A stretch of 64,000 bases of DNA. Origin: Clostridia bacterium. Lineage in GTDB: Bacteria > Bacillota > Clostridia > Oscillospirales > Acutalibacteraceae. Both the position numbers and the translations under genes were made by a program. The notes under the pieces were generated by a model. That model searched no databases, was not told where the DNA came from, and saw only the letters and a list, made by a program, of their open reading frames with translations. Below are positions 35,101-42,698 of this stretch, piece after piece. How positions within the stretch are numbered: position 1 is the stretch's first letter; the number at the start of each line of letters is the position of its first letter. The stretch spans positions 11,174 to 75,173 of the forward strand of contig JAFTVI010000036.1 of NCBI GenBank assembly GCA_017465825.1. The letters are read 5' to 3'.

Positions 35101-36212
35101 TTGCGCTTTGCATTTATGAACTTATCAAAAGGCCATTTTGGGAGCTTGATTACGCAGTAGTCAACGGTAGGTTCGTTACAGGCATAGGTGCAGCCTGTAA
35201 CTTCGTTCCTGATTTCATCAAGAGTATAACCGAGAGCAATCTTAACTGCAACCTTAGCAATCGGGTAGCCCGTAGCCTTTGATGCAAGAGCAGATGAACG
35301 TGAAACTCTGGGGTTAACCTCGATAACCGCATATTCAAATGTTTCGGGGTTGAGAGCAAACTGACAGTTACAGCCGCCTTCGATGCCCAGTGAATCAATA
35401 ATTTTAAGTGATGCACTGCGGAGCATATTGTACTCTTTGTTTGAAAGAGTAACAGCAGGAGCGATAACAATACTGTCACCTGTATGAACACCGACGGGGT
35501 CGAAGTTTTCCATTGAACAAACGGCAATTGAGTTACCCATTGAGTCACGGATAGCTTCAAATTCAATTTCTTTCCAACCGTAGATGTATTTTTCAACAAG
35601 AATCTGATTGATAGGGGAGAGAAGAAGACCGTTGTTGACAATAGGCATAAGCTCTTCTTCGTTGTATGCAACACCGCCGCCTGCACCGCCCAATGTGAAA
35701 GCGGGACGGATGATAACGGGGAAACCGATTTTTCTTGCAATTTCAAGAGCTGTGTCGGGGTCGTTTGCAATATCGGAGGGAATACAGGGCTGACCGATGG
35801 ATTCCATTGTTTCCTTGAACAGCTCTCTGTCCTCACTCTTGTCAATAGCCTCTGCGTTTGTACCGATAAGCTTTACGCCGTGCTTTGCAAGGAAACCGCT
35901 CTTTGCAAGCTGCATACCGATTGTAAGACCTGTCTGACCGCCGAGACCTGCAAGAACGGAGTCGGGCTTTTCTTTCTCGATGATTCTCATTACTGTTTCT
36001 TCTGTAAGAGGCTCGAGATAGATTTCGTCTGCGTTTGCATTATCTGTCATAATGGTAGCAGGGTTTGAGTTGACAAGTACAACGTCAAGACCTTCGTTTT
36101 TAAGAATACGGCAAGCCTGTGTGCCTGCATAGTCAAATTCGGCAGCCTGACCTATAACGATAGGACCTGAACCGATAACAAGTACCTTTTTAATGTCTTT
36201 ATTAAGTGGCAT
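32172..36212 (-). CDS. carB: carbamoyl-phosphate synthase large subunit fused in frame to a DapF-like (diaminopimelate epimerase fold) domain
   Basis: 1346-aa uninterrupted ORF. aa 1-1067 are full-length CarB. aa 1068-1346 (nt 33011-32172) start MKLKFAKMQGSGNDF.. and have the GNPH and ACGTGACAA DapF motifs. Confidence 0.9.
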   Translation of the reverse strand: MPLNKDIKKVLVIGSGPIVIGQAAEFDYAGTQACRILKNEGLDVVLVNSNPATIMTDNANADEIYLEPLTEETVMRIIEKEKPDSVLAGLGGQTGLTIGMQLAKSGFLAKHGVKLIGTNAEAIDKSEDRELFKETMESIGQPCIPSDIANDPDTALEIARKIGFPVIIRPAFTLGGAGGGVAYNEEELMPIVNNGLLLSPINQILVEKYIYGWKEIEFEAIRDSMGNSIAVCSMENFDPVGVHTGDSIVIAPAVTLSNKEYNMLRSASLKIIDSLGIEGGCNCQFALNPETFEYAVIEVNPRVSRSSALASKATGYPIAKVAVKIALGYTLDEIRNEVTGCTYACNEPTVDYCVIKLPKWPFDKFINAKRKLGTQMKATGEVMAIAPSFEAAIMKAVRGAEISLDTLNLKKLADPEIDIVKKLEDVDDIRLFTVFEALKRGVSTETIHDITKIDEWFIDKLNNLVQYEKAIANRLTDELYIQGKKYGYPDAALERISGTKEHMTLDASYKMVDTCAAEFKASTPYFYSTYDKDCEAKELLKDNTAKKIIVLGSGPIRIGQGIEFDYSSVHCVWTLKELGYEVVIINNNPETVSTDFDTADRLYFEPLTPEDVLNVIKKENPEGIVVAFGGQTAIKLTKFLDENGFTILGTSAEGIDTAEDRERFDALLEKFNIKRPKGMGVITLEEALNAAHTLEYPVLLRPSYVIGGQNMTIAYNDDDVYKYMNIILSGKIENPVLVDKYMMGSELEVDVISDGKDVLIPGIMQHIERAGVHSGDSIAVYPPYNLRDTMKQTIIDCSTNLALALGTKGLVNIQYLIYDNELYVIEVNPRASRTIPYISKVTGVPMVDIATKVMTGTPLKDLGFGTGLYKTPPYFAVKVPVFSFEKLLDANSSLGPEMKSTGEVLGVGKTIEEALFKGLVSAGFEITPKTHRKEMGVYITVKDADKPEVIELARKFHDLGLKIYATEGTAKAIGSVDIDVTVVNKLYDESNTSMDLLESGKIKYIVYTGTPLDVVDDFIKLHRRALQLSVATLTSIDTANVLADILASGFNQQNTELVNINALRSEPMKLKFAKMQGSGNDFIFFDNLDGAITAPEVLAVNFCNRHYGIGSDGIVLIEKSDIANAKMLMFNKDGSKGYIAGNGLRCAGKYLYDHGIVNNTHLTIETPVGLKRIHLYTENNKVKAVKVMMGKAEFEAEKIPTNITSGKVIDQPVIIDGKEYNVTCVSVGNPHCVVFGTHIDAYNLQEIGPEFENAKYFPEKINTEFVRVVDKRTIRMRVWERGNGETYACGTGACAAVAAACELGLCEKGADITVKLKGGDLIVNYTDECVSLTGNTSLIFEGYIEY

Positions 36213-37279
36213 TACTTGTCACCTCCCATAAGTGATACGAATTTATCGTAAAGAACAACAGCGTCTGTAGCGCCTTCACATCCGCCGGGATAGAACTGAA
36301 CGGAGAATGCCTTGTCGGCATAATCAATACCTGCACAGGTGTTGTCATTAACATTAATAAAGCTTACCGTGCTGTTTTTGCTGTCAAGTGAATCTGAAAC
36401 AACAGCGTAGCCGTGATTCTGGCTTGTAACAAAAACTTTTCCGCTTGCAAGCTCTTTTACAGGCTGGTTTGAACCTCTGTGACCGTATTTGAGCTTTTCG
36501 GTCTTTGCGCCTGCGGCGAGAGCCATAAGCTGATGACCGAGAGAAATACCGAACATAGGAATTTTACCCATAAGCTTTTTGATCTCAGCAACAATTGCAT
36601 CGCAGTCAGCAGGATCTCCGGGGCCGTTGGATATAACCATTCCGTCAACGCCGAGAGCGAGGATTTCCTCAGCAGTTGTGTTGTAAGGTACAGTTATAAC
36701 AGTGCATCCGCGTGCAAGAAGCTCATTTTCAATTGAAAGCTTTGCACCTAAATCAAGAACTGCAACCTTGTACTTTTCATTTTCTGCAGTGTGTACAGAT
36801 TTTTCGGTACAGCTTACAGCCTTGACTGCATCCTTGATTCTGTATTCTGCGAGGGCCTTTAAATCAACCTTTGAAGGGTCGTCTGTGATACAGGCATTCA
36901 TAACGCCGTTTTCACGGATAATCTTTGTTATTTCTCTTGTATCAACATCGCAGATTGATACAATGTTGCTTTCTGTAAGGAAAGGTAAAATATTTTCTTC
37001 ACATCTGAAGTTTGAAGGCTTCTCACACCATTCTCTTACCACGTAACCGTTTACAACGGATTTATCAAGGAGCTTGTCCTCAGAAATCATACCGTAGTTA
37101 CCGATAAGAGGGAATGTCTGCATAACGATCTGACCGTAATATGCTGCATCAGTCAATGTTTCAATGTAGCCGACCATTCCGGTGGTAAAAACGAGTTCGC
37201 CTGTGACTTCGCCGTCAGCGGCAAAACCCTTACCCTCGAAAATGTGACCGTCCTGCAGAACGATGTACATTTTTTTCAT
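36212..37279 (-). CDS. carA: carbamoyl-phosphate synthase small subunit homologue with inactivated glutaminase triad
   Basis: 355 aa from ATG 37279 (SD AAGGA 8 nt upstream). Aligns along its length to CarA. TAATG overlap with carB. The triad residues are Ser/Tyr/Gly instead of Cys/His/Glu. Confidence 0.85.
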   Translation of the reverse strand: MKKMYIVLQDGHIFEGKGFAADGEVTGELVFTTGMVGYIETLTDAAYYGQIVMQTFPLIGNYGMISEDKLLDKSVVNGYVVREWCEKPSNFRCEENILPFLTESNIVSICDVDTREITKIIRENGVMNACITDDPSKVDLKALAEYRIKDAVKAVSCTEKSVHTAENEKYKVAVLDLGAKLSIENELLARGCTVITVPYNTTAEEILALGVDGMVISNGPGDPADCDAIVAEIKKLMGKIPMFGISLGHQLMALAAGAKTEKLKYGHRGSNQPVKELASGKVFVTSQNHGYAVVSDSLDSKNSTVSFINVNDNTCAGIDYADKAFSVQFYPGGCEGATDAVVLYDKFVSLMGGDK

Positions 37280-37322
37280 AAGAATCATCCTTTATCTGAA
37301 AAAATCTTAATTTACTGCTGTT

Positions 37323-38246
37323 TTATTCTTTTTCCATATACTGGTCACGCATAAGCTTGACTAATACTGCTTTCTGGGCGTGAAGTCTGTTTTCAGCCTC
37401 TTCAAAAATCTCATTTGCGTGAGCTTCAAATACTTCAGCTGTAATTTCTTCTTCTCTGTGAGCAGGCAGACAGTGAAGCACCATAGCATCAGGATGCGCA
37501 ACGGACATAAGTGAAGAATTTATCTGATAGCCTGCAAAAATCTTCTTTCTTTCTTCGGCTTCACTTTCTTCACCCATAGATGCCCATACGTCGGTGTAAA
37601 GCACGTCTGCATTCTTTGCCGCCTCGTAAATATCAGTTGTAAGAGTGAATCTGCCCGTTGTTTCAGCCCATTTTATGATGTCAGCATCAGGCTCGTAGCC
37701 TGCGGGGCAGGCAACAGCCACTTCCATACCTACCTTAAGACAGCCTACGATAAGCGAGTTTGCCATATTGTTACCGTCACCGATAAATGTGAGCTTCATA
37801 CCCTTGAAGGTGTTTTTGAATTCACGGATGGTCATAAGGTCTGCAAGCACCTGACAGGGATGGCAGTAATCTGTAAGACCGTTGATTATGGGTATTGAAC
37901 CGTACTGAGCAAGAGTTTCAACTTCTTCCTGATCGAAGGTTCTTATCATAATGCCGTCAAGGTATCTTGAAAGAACTCTTGCGGTATCTTCAACAGGCTC
38001 ACCTCTGCCAAGCTGAGTGTTAGCATTGCTTAAAAACAGCGCGGAGCCGCCAAGGTCGTACATACCTACTTCAAAGGAAACTCTTGTTCTTGTGGATGAC
38101 TTTGCAAAAATCATACCGAGAGTTTTACCCTTGAGGTAATGATGCTCAATATTGTGCTTTTTCTCGTATTTTAACTGATCTGCAAGATTGAGGATTGTAA
38201 GAATCTCTCTTTCCGAAAGATCGCCGAGCTTGAGTAAATGCTTCAT
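37323..38246 (-). CDS. argF: ornithine carbamoyltransferase
   Basis: 307 aa. STRTRVSFE, HPCQ, DVWASMG, HCLPA. ATGA overlap with argD. Confidence 0.9.
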   Translation of the reverse strand: MKHLLKLGDLSEREILTILNLADQLKYEKKHNIEHHYLKGKTLGMIFAKSSTRTRVSFEVGMYDLGGSALFLSNANTQLGRGEPVEDTARVLSRYLDGIMIRTFDQEEVETLAQYGSIPIINGLTDYCHPCQVLADLMTIREFKNTFKGMKLTFIGDGNNMANSLIVGCLKVGMEVAVACPAGYEPDADIIKWAETTGRFTLTTDIYEAAKNADVLYTDVWASMGEESEAEERKKIFAGYQINSSLMSVAHPDAMVLHCLPAHREEEITAEVFEAHANEIFEEAENRLHAQKAVLVKLMRDQYMEKE

Positions 38247-39406
38247 TCTTCAATGACCTCCGTTATAATATCCATCGCTTTTTTCAGTTCCTCATCGGAA
38301 ATGTTAAGCGGCGGTAAAAGTCTGATTTTGGTTTTTGCCGTTAGAGGAAGTACACCTCTTTCAATGCACTTTGAAACGATTGCTTTTGAATCCTTTGTTG
38401 TTTCAATGCCGAGCATAAGACCCATTCCGCTGACGCTTTTTACATTTTTGCATTCGCTGAGTCTTGCTTTTATGTACTCGCTCTTTTTTACAACTCCGTT
38501 AAGGAATTCGTCATCAAGTCGTTTTACAACGCTGAGTGCGCCTGCGGCAACTGCAGGATTCATACCGTATGTTGAGCCGTGCGAGCCGGGAGTGAGCGTG
38601 TCAGCAGTCTTTTCGCCGAACATACAGACACCCATAGGCAGACCGCCTGCAATACCCTTTGCGGTTGATACGATATCAGGCATTATATCAAAATTCTGAT
38701 ATGCATACATCTTGCCTGTTCTGCCGTTACCTGTCTGCACTTCGTCAACTATTAACAGTATATCACTTTCTTTGCAAAAATCATATACTTTTTTTATAAA
38801 ATTTTTATCTAAAGCAATAACTCCGCCTTCGCCCTGTACAATTTCCATCATAATTGCACAAACATTGCCGTTGCAGATTTCTTTCAGCTTCTCAAAATCG
38901 TTTGCGGGCGCATATGCAAATCCCTCAGGGAACGGACCGAATGTGGTGTGGAATGTGTCCTGTCCCGTTGCGGTAAGAGTTGCAAGAGTTCTGCCGTGAA
39001 AGCTCTGATTGAGAGTTACAATAACGTTTCTGTCGGGATTATTGTATTTATCAAGAGAGTATTTTCTTGCTGTTTTTATTGCACATTCATTGGCTTCAGC
39101 ACCGGAATTGCCGAAGAAGCACTTCTTCATTCCCGATTTTTCGCAAAGAATTTTTGCAAGCTCTGCGCCGGGGGTGGTGTAGTAAAGATTTGACGTGTGC
39201 TGAATTGTATTAAGCTGCTGTGCTACGGCATCTGCCCATTCTTTGTCGCAGTAGCCGAAGATGTTAACGCCGATACCGCTGCCCATATCAATGTATTCCT
39301 TGCCGTTTTCGTCAACTGCAACTGCACCGTGACCGCTTACAAGCGTGACGGGATACCTTGCATAAGTATTGGCTATATACTTTTTATCTGTTTCAATAAC
39401 TGTCAT
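38243..39406 (-). CDS. argD: acetylornithine aminotransferase
   Basis: 387 aa, class III aminotransferase positioned within the arg operon. Confidence 0.85.
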   Translation of the reverse strand: MTVIETDKKYIANTYARYPVTLVSGHGAVAVDENGKEYIDMGSGIGVNIFGYCDKEWADAVAQQLNTIQHTSNLYYTTPGAELAKILCEKSGMKKCFFGNSGAEANECAIKTARKYSLDKYNNPDRNVIVTLNQSFHGRTLATLTATGQDTFHTTFGPFPEGFAYAPANDFEKLKEICNGNVCAIMMEIVQGEGGVIALDKNFIKKVYDFCKESDILLIVDEVQTGNGRTGKMYAYQNFDIMPDIVSTAKGIAGGLPMGVCMFGEKTADTLTPGSHGSTYGMNPAVAAGALSVVKRLDDEFLNGVVKKSEYIKARLSECKNVKSVSGMGLMLGIETTKDSKAIVSKCIERGVLPLTAKTKIRLLPPLNISDEELKKAMDIITEVIEE

Positions 39407-39415
39407 AAGATTGCC

Positions 39416-40270
39416 TCATTCTACAAACATTGTACCGATACCTTCATCGGTGAGAGTTTCAATAAGAATTGAGTGGGGGATTCTGCCGTCTATGATGAAT
39501 ACTTTGTTAACACCCATTCTTATAGCTTCCGTACAGCACTGCACCTTGGGGATCATACCGCCCGATATAATACCTTCGTGCATAAGCTCGGGAGCATCAC
39601 TTACATAAAGCTTTTTGATAAGCGAATCAGGATCATCCTTATCACGGAGAAGTCCGGGGATGTCGCTCATATTTATAAGACTTTCAGCCTTGAGCGCCCC
39701 TGCAATATAAGCCGCCGCAGTGTCAGCGTTGATGTTGTAAGTGTTATTTTCATCATCATAGCCGATTGTGGAAATAACAGGAATGTAATCTCTTTCAAGA
39801 AGGTCGGTGATAAGCTCAGTGTTTATGTTTACAATGTTGCCCACATAACCGTGAACGTCATCGAGCTTTTCAGCTTTGATCATATGGTCATCAACACCGC
39901 ACAGACCTACAGCCTTGCCGCCCTTGTTGTGAATCTGATTTACAAGATTCTTGTTGATTTTACCTGCAAGAACCATCTGTACAATGTCTGCAGTTTCTTT
40001 GTCTGTAACACGCAAGCCGTCAACAAATTCGGACTTTTTGCCTGTTTTGTTGAGCATTTCGTTGATTTCGGGACCGCCGCCGTGAACAAGGACAACCCTT
40101 ATTCCGATAAGTGAAAGAAGAACGATATCACCGATAACAGCTTCTTTGAGTTCTTCGCTTATCATTGCGTTGCCGCCGTATTTTACAACGATAGTCTTGT
40201 TTCTGTATTTCTGTATATAGGGGAGAGCCTGTGTAAGAATTTCTGCTCTCTGCGGATTTGTAATATTCAT
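39416..40270 (-). CDS. argB: acetylglutamate kinase
   Basis: 284 aa from ATG 40270 (SD GGTGA 5 nt upstream; the track start 40279 is GTG). ..IVVKYGGNAM.. AAK family. Confidence 0.9.
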   Translation of the reverse strand: MNITNPQRAEILTQALPYIQKYRNKTIVVKYGGNAMISEELKEAVIGDIVLLSLIGIRVVLVHGGGPEINEMLNKTGKKSEFVDGLRVTDKETADIVQMVLAGKINKNLVNQIHNKGGKAVGLCGVDDHMIKAEKLDDVHGYVGNIVNINTELITDLLERDYIPVISTIGYDDENNTYNINADTAAAYIAGALKAESLINMSDIPGLLRDKDDPDSLIKKLYVSDAPELMHEGIISGGMIPKVQCCTEAIRMGVNKVFIIDGRIPHSILIETLTDEGIGTMFVE

Positions 40271-40280
40271 ATCTGTCACC

Positions 40281-41495
40281 TTAAGTTCTGTAATCTCCGT
40301 TGATTTTAACGTAATCGTATGTCAGGTCGCAACCTCTTGCAACTGCCGAAGTGTCACCGTCGTTGAGATTGATGTTGACCTTGATTTCATCTTCAAGAAG
40401 AATCTCTTTGGCAATTTCTTCGCTGAACTCCACGCCTGCGCCGTTTTCACAGACAACAACAGTGCCTTTCGCAGATGTGAAGCTTACGTCAATCTTTGTT
40501 ACGTCAACGTCTGCACCGCTGTAACCTATTGCACAAAGTACACGTCCCCAGTTTGCATCAGCACCGAACATTGCCGCCTTGAAAAGGGAAGAGCAGATAA
40601 CGGACTTTGCTACAGTCTTTGCAGTCTGCCAATCCTTGCCGCCGTCAACAAAACATTCAACAAGCTTTGTTGCACCTTCGCCGTCTTTTGCAATTGCTTT
40701 GCAGAGCTTTTCCGTAATCATAGCAAGAGCATTGCAGAATATATCAAAATCCTCGCCCTCTGCAACGATTTCGGCATTTTCAGCCATACCGTTTGCCATA
40801 ACTGCAACCATATCGTTTGTTGATGTGTCGCCGTCAATGCTTATCATATTAAAGCTCTTCTGTGCATCGGCATAAAGTGCCTTGTGGAGCATTTCGGGGG
40901 AGATTGCCGCGTCAGTTGTGATAAACACAAGCATCGTTGCCATGTTGGGGTGAATCATACCCGAGCCCTTTGCAATACCGCCCATTCTGCACTCTTTGCC
41001 GCCGATATTGAAGCTTACTGCAAATTCCTTGAGTATAGTATCGGTAGTCATTATTGCCTCAGCCGCATTGCCGCTGTTATCATAGCCTAAATTGCTTACA
41101 AGCTCGTTCATACCCTCTGCAATGGGAGTAATGTCAAGAGGCTGACCGATAACGCCTGTTGATGCAACGATAACATCGTTCTTATCTATCGAAACAGCAT
41201 CAGCCGTGAGCTCACACATCTTTTCTGCAATTTCAATGCCGTTTGCATTGCAGGTGTTAGCGTTGCCGCTGTTGCAGATAACAGCCTGAGCCTTTCCGTC
41301 TGCAATGTTTGCTTTTGTAACATAGATGGGAGCGCCTTTTACAAGATTAAGAGTGTAAATAGCCGCCGCAGATGCTTTCTTATCGCTCACGATAAGTGCA
41401 AGATCCCTTTTTGTCCTGTTTTTTCTGATTCCGCAGTGAATACCGCTTGCTTTAAATCCTTTTGCGGCACAAACGCCGCCGTTGATATATTCCAT
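40281..41495 (-). CDS. argJ: bifunctional glutamate N-acetyltransferase / amino-acid acetyltransferase
   Basis: 404 aa from ATG 41495 (SD AAAGGA), after the argC stop. Autoprocessing site ..HPNMATMLVF.. Confidence 0.9.
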   Translation of the reverse strand: MEYINGGVCAAKGFKASGIHCGIRKNRTKRDLALIVSDKKASAAAIYTLNLVKGAPIYVTKANIADGKAQAVICNSGNANTCNANGIEIAEKMCELTADAVSIDKNDVIVASTGVIGQPLDITPIAEGMNELVSNLGYDNSGNAAEAIMTTDTILKEFAVSFNIGGKECRMGGIAKGSGMIHPNMATMLVFITTDAAISPEMLHKALYADAQKSFNMISIDGDTSTNDMVAVMANGMAENAEIVAEGEDFDIFCNALAMITEKLCKAIAKDGEGATKLVECFVDGGKDWQTAKTVAKSVICSSLFKAAMFGADANWGRVLCAIGYSGADVDVTKIDVSFTSAKGTVVVCENGAGVEFSEEIAKEILLEDEIKVNINLNDGDTSAVARGCDLTYDYVKINGDYRT

Positions 41496-41508
41496 TTCAA
41501 AATTCCTT

Positions 41509-42447
41509 TCAAAGTACAAGTGAGCTTGTTTCATCGGTGCCCATAGAGATGTTCATACACTGAATTGCCGCACCCGATGCGCCCTTGCCTAAATTATCAA
41601 AAATACTTGTGATGAATATTCTTTCATCGTTGCCTGAAATAAATATTTTCATACTGTCTTTTCCCGTCATTTCGTTGGCAGAAACGAAGCCTGCAGGCAC
41701 ATCGCCGCCGTGAAGGGGAAGAACAGTTATAAACCTGCTGTCTTTGTAAAACTGAGCAAACATACTGTAAACATCGCTAAGAGTTGCATTGCCTGCAAGA
41801 TTTGTAAACAGATTTACTGTTGTAGCCATTCCGCTGTAATAGTCATCAACAATGGGTGTGAATATGGGAGCATATTCAAGACCCGTAACAGCCTTCATCT
41901 CTTTGAGATGCTTGTGATTCTGTGTAAGACCGTACTGTCTGGGAGCGAAAAGGTCGTCAGTCTTGCCGTGTTCGTATTGCTCGATCATTTTTTTGCCGCC
42001 GCCGCTGTAGCCTGTAAGTGAATGCGAAACAACGGGATAATCTTTCGGCATTATTCCCGATGCGATAAGGGGATACACGATTGAAATGAATCCGCTTGCG
42101 TGACAGCCGGGAACGGCAATTCTTTTTGATGTTTCAATTTTCTTTCTGTGTTCAGCCGATAACTCTGCAAAACCGTACGCCCAGTCGGGAGAAGTTCTGT
42201 GTGCCGTTGATGTATCAATGATAACAGTTTTGTCATTTTCGCAAAGTGAAACAGATTCTCTTGCGGCATCGTCGGGCAGGCAGAGGAATGTTATATCACT
42301 CTCATTTATTAATCTTCGTCGCTCCTGTGCGTCTTTGCGCTTTTCTTCGCTTATATGCATAAGTGTGATGTCATCACGCTTGCTTAAACGGTCAAACAAT
42401 CTCAGACCTGTTGTACCCTGGTTTCCGTCAATAAATACCTTTGTCAT
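41509..42447 (-). CDS. argC: N-acetyl-gamma-glutamyl-phosphate reductase (short type)
   Basis: 312 aa, ..VPGCHASGF.. active-site Cys. First gene of the arg cluster. Confidence 0.85.
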   Translation of the reverse strand: MTKVFIDGNQGTTGLRLFDRLSKRDDITLMHISEEKRKDAQERRRLINESDITFLCLPDDAARESVSLCENDKTVIIDTSTAHRTSPDWAYGFAELSAEHRKKIETSKRIAVPGCHASGFISIVYPLIASGIMPKDYPVVSHSLTGYSGGGKKMIEQYEHGKTDDLFAPRQYGLTQNHKHLKEMKAVTGLEYAPIFTPIVDDYYSGMATTVNLFTNLAGNATLSDVYSMFAQFYKDSRFITVLPLHGGDVPAGFVSANEMTGKDSMKIFISGNDERIFITSIFDNLGKGASGAAIQCMNISMGTDETSSLVL

Positions 42448-42483
42448 TTTGCATATACCTCTGCGTATAAAATTACTACTACC

Positions 42484-42511
42484 ATTTTACTCATTTACGC
42501 CGTAAAGTCAA
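42484..42511 (-). promoter_or_regulatory. candidate arg operon promoter
   Basis: Minus strand TTGACT (42511-42506), 16 nt, TAAAAT (42489-42484). Confidence 0.5.
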
Positions 42512-42517
42512 TAAATT

Positions 42518-42535
42518 TTTGAATATTTATGCAAC
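42518..42535. promoter_or_regulatory. candidate ARG box (ArgR/AhrC operator)
   Basis: Minus-strand reading GTTGCATAAATATTCAAA matches 16/18 positions of WNTGAATWWWWATTCANW. Lies immediately upstream of the -35 box. Confidence 0.5.
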
Positions 42536-42613
42536 TTTGTTAACTTGTATCATATAGACGGATTTTTTTTGAAATTATTGTTGATTTACACAATAAGCTA
42601 TTATATAAACAGG

Positions 42614-42654
42614 CAAAAATAAACCTCCCTGTGTCATATGACGCAGAGAGGTTT
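42614..42654 (-). terminator. terminator after the ABC-F gene
   Basis: Hairpin of about 15 bp (AAACCTCCCTGTGTC/GACGCAGAGAGGTTT, one mismatch plus one G:U), then ATTTTTG on the minus strand. Confidence 0.7.
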
Positions 42655-42698
42655 GACAGGTGTATAAAATGATGTATAAAAATTAAAATATACATACT

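Noticed and set aside
35150-35845. 231-aa ORF in another frame inside carB, plus several 60-120-aa ORFs on both strands of carB/carA.
   Set aside because: They lie entirely within a highly conserved CarB coding frame and have low-complexity, Ser/Leu/Thr-rich composition with no start signals.
39473-40114. 213-aa plus-strand ORF antisense to argB. The ORFs 38238..38699(+), 48118..48576(-) and 13788..14228(-) are similar cases.
   Set aside because: They are antisense to well-supported conserved genes, lack ribosome-binding sites and have unnatural composition.
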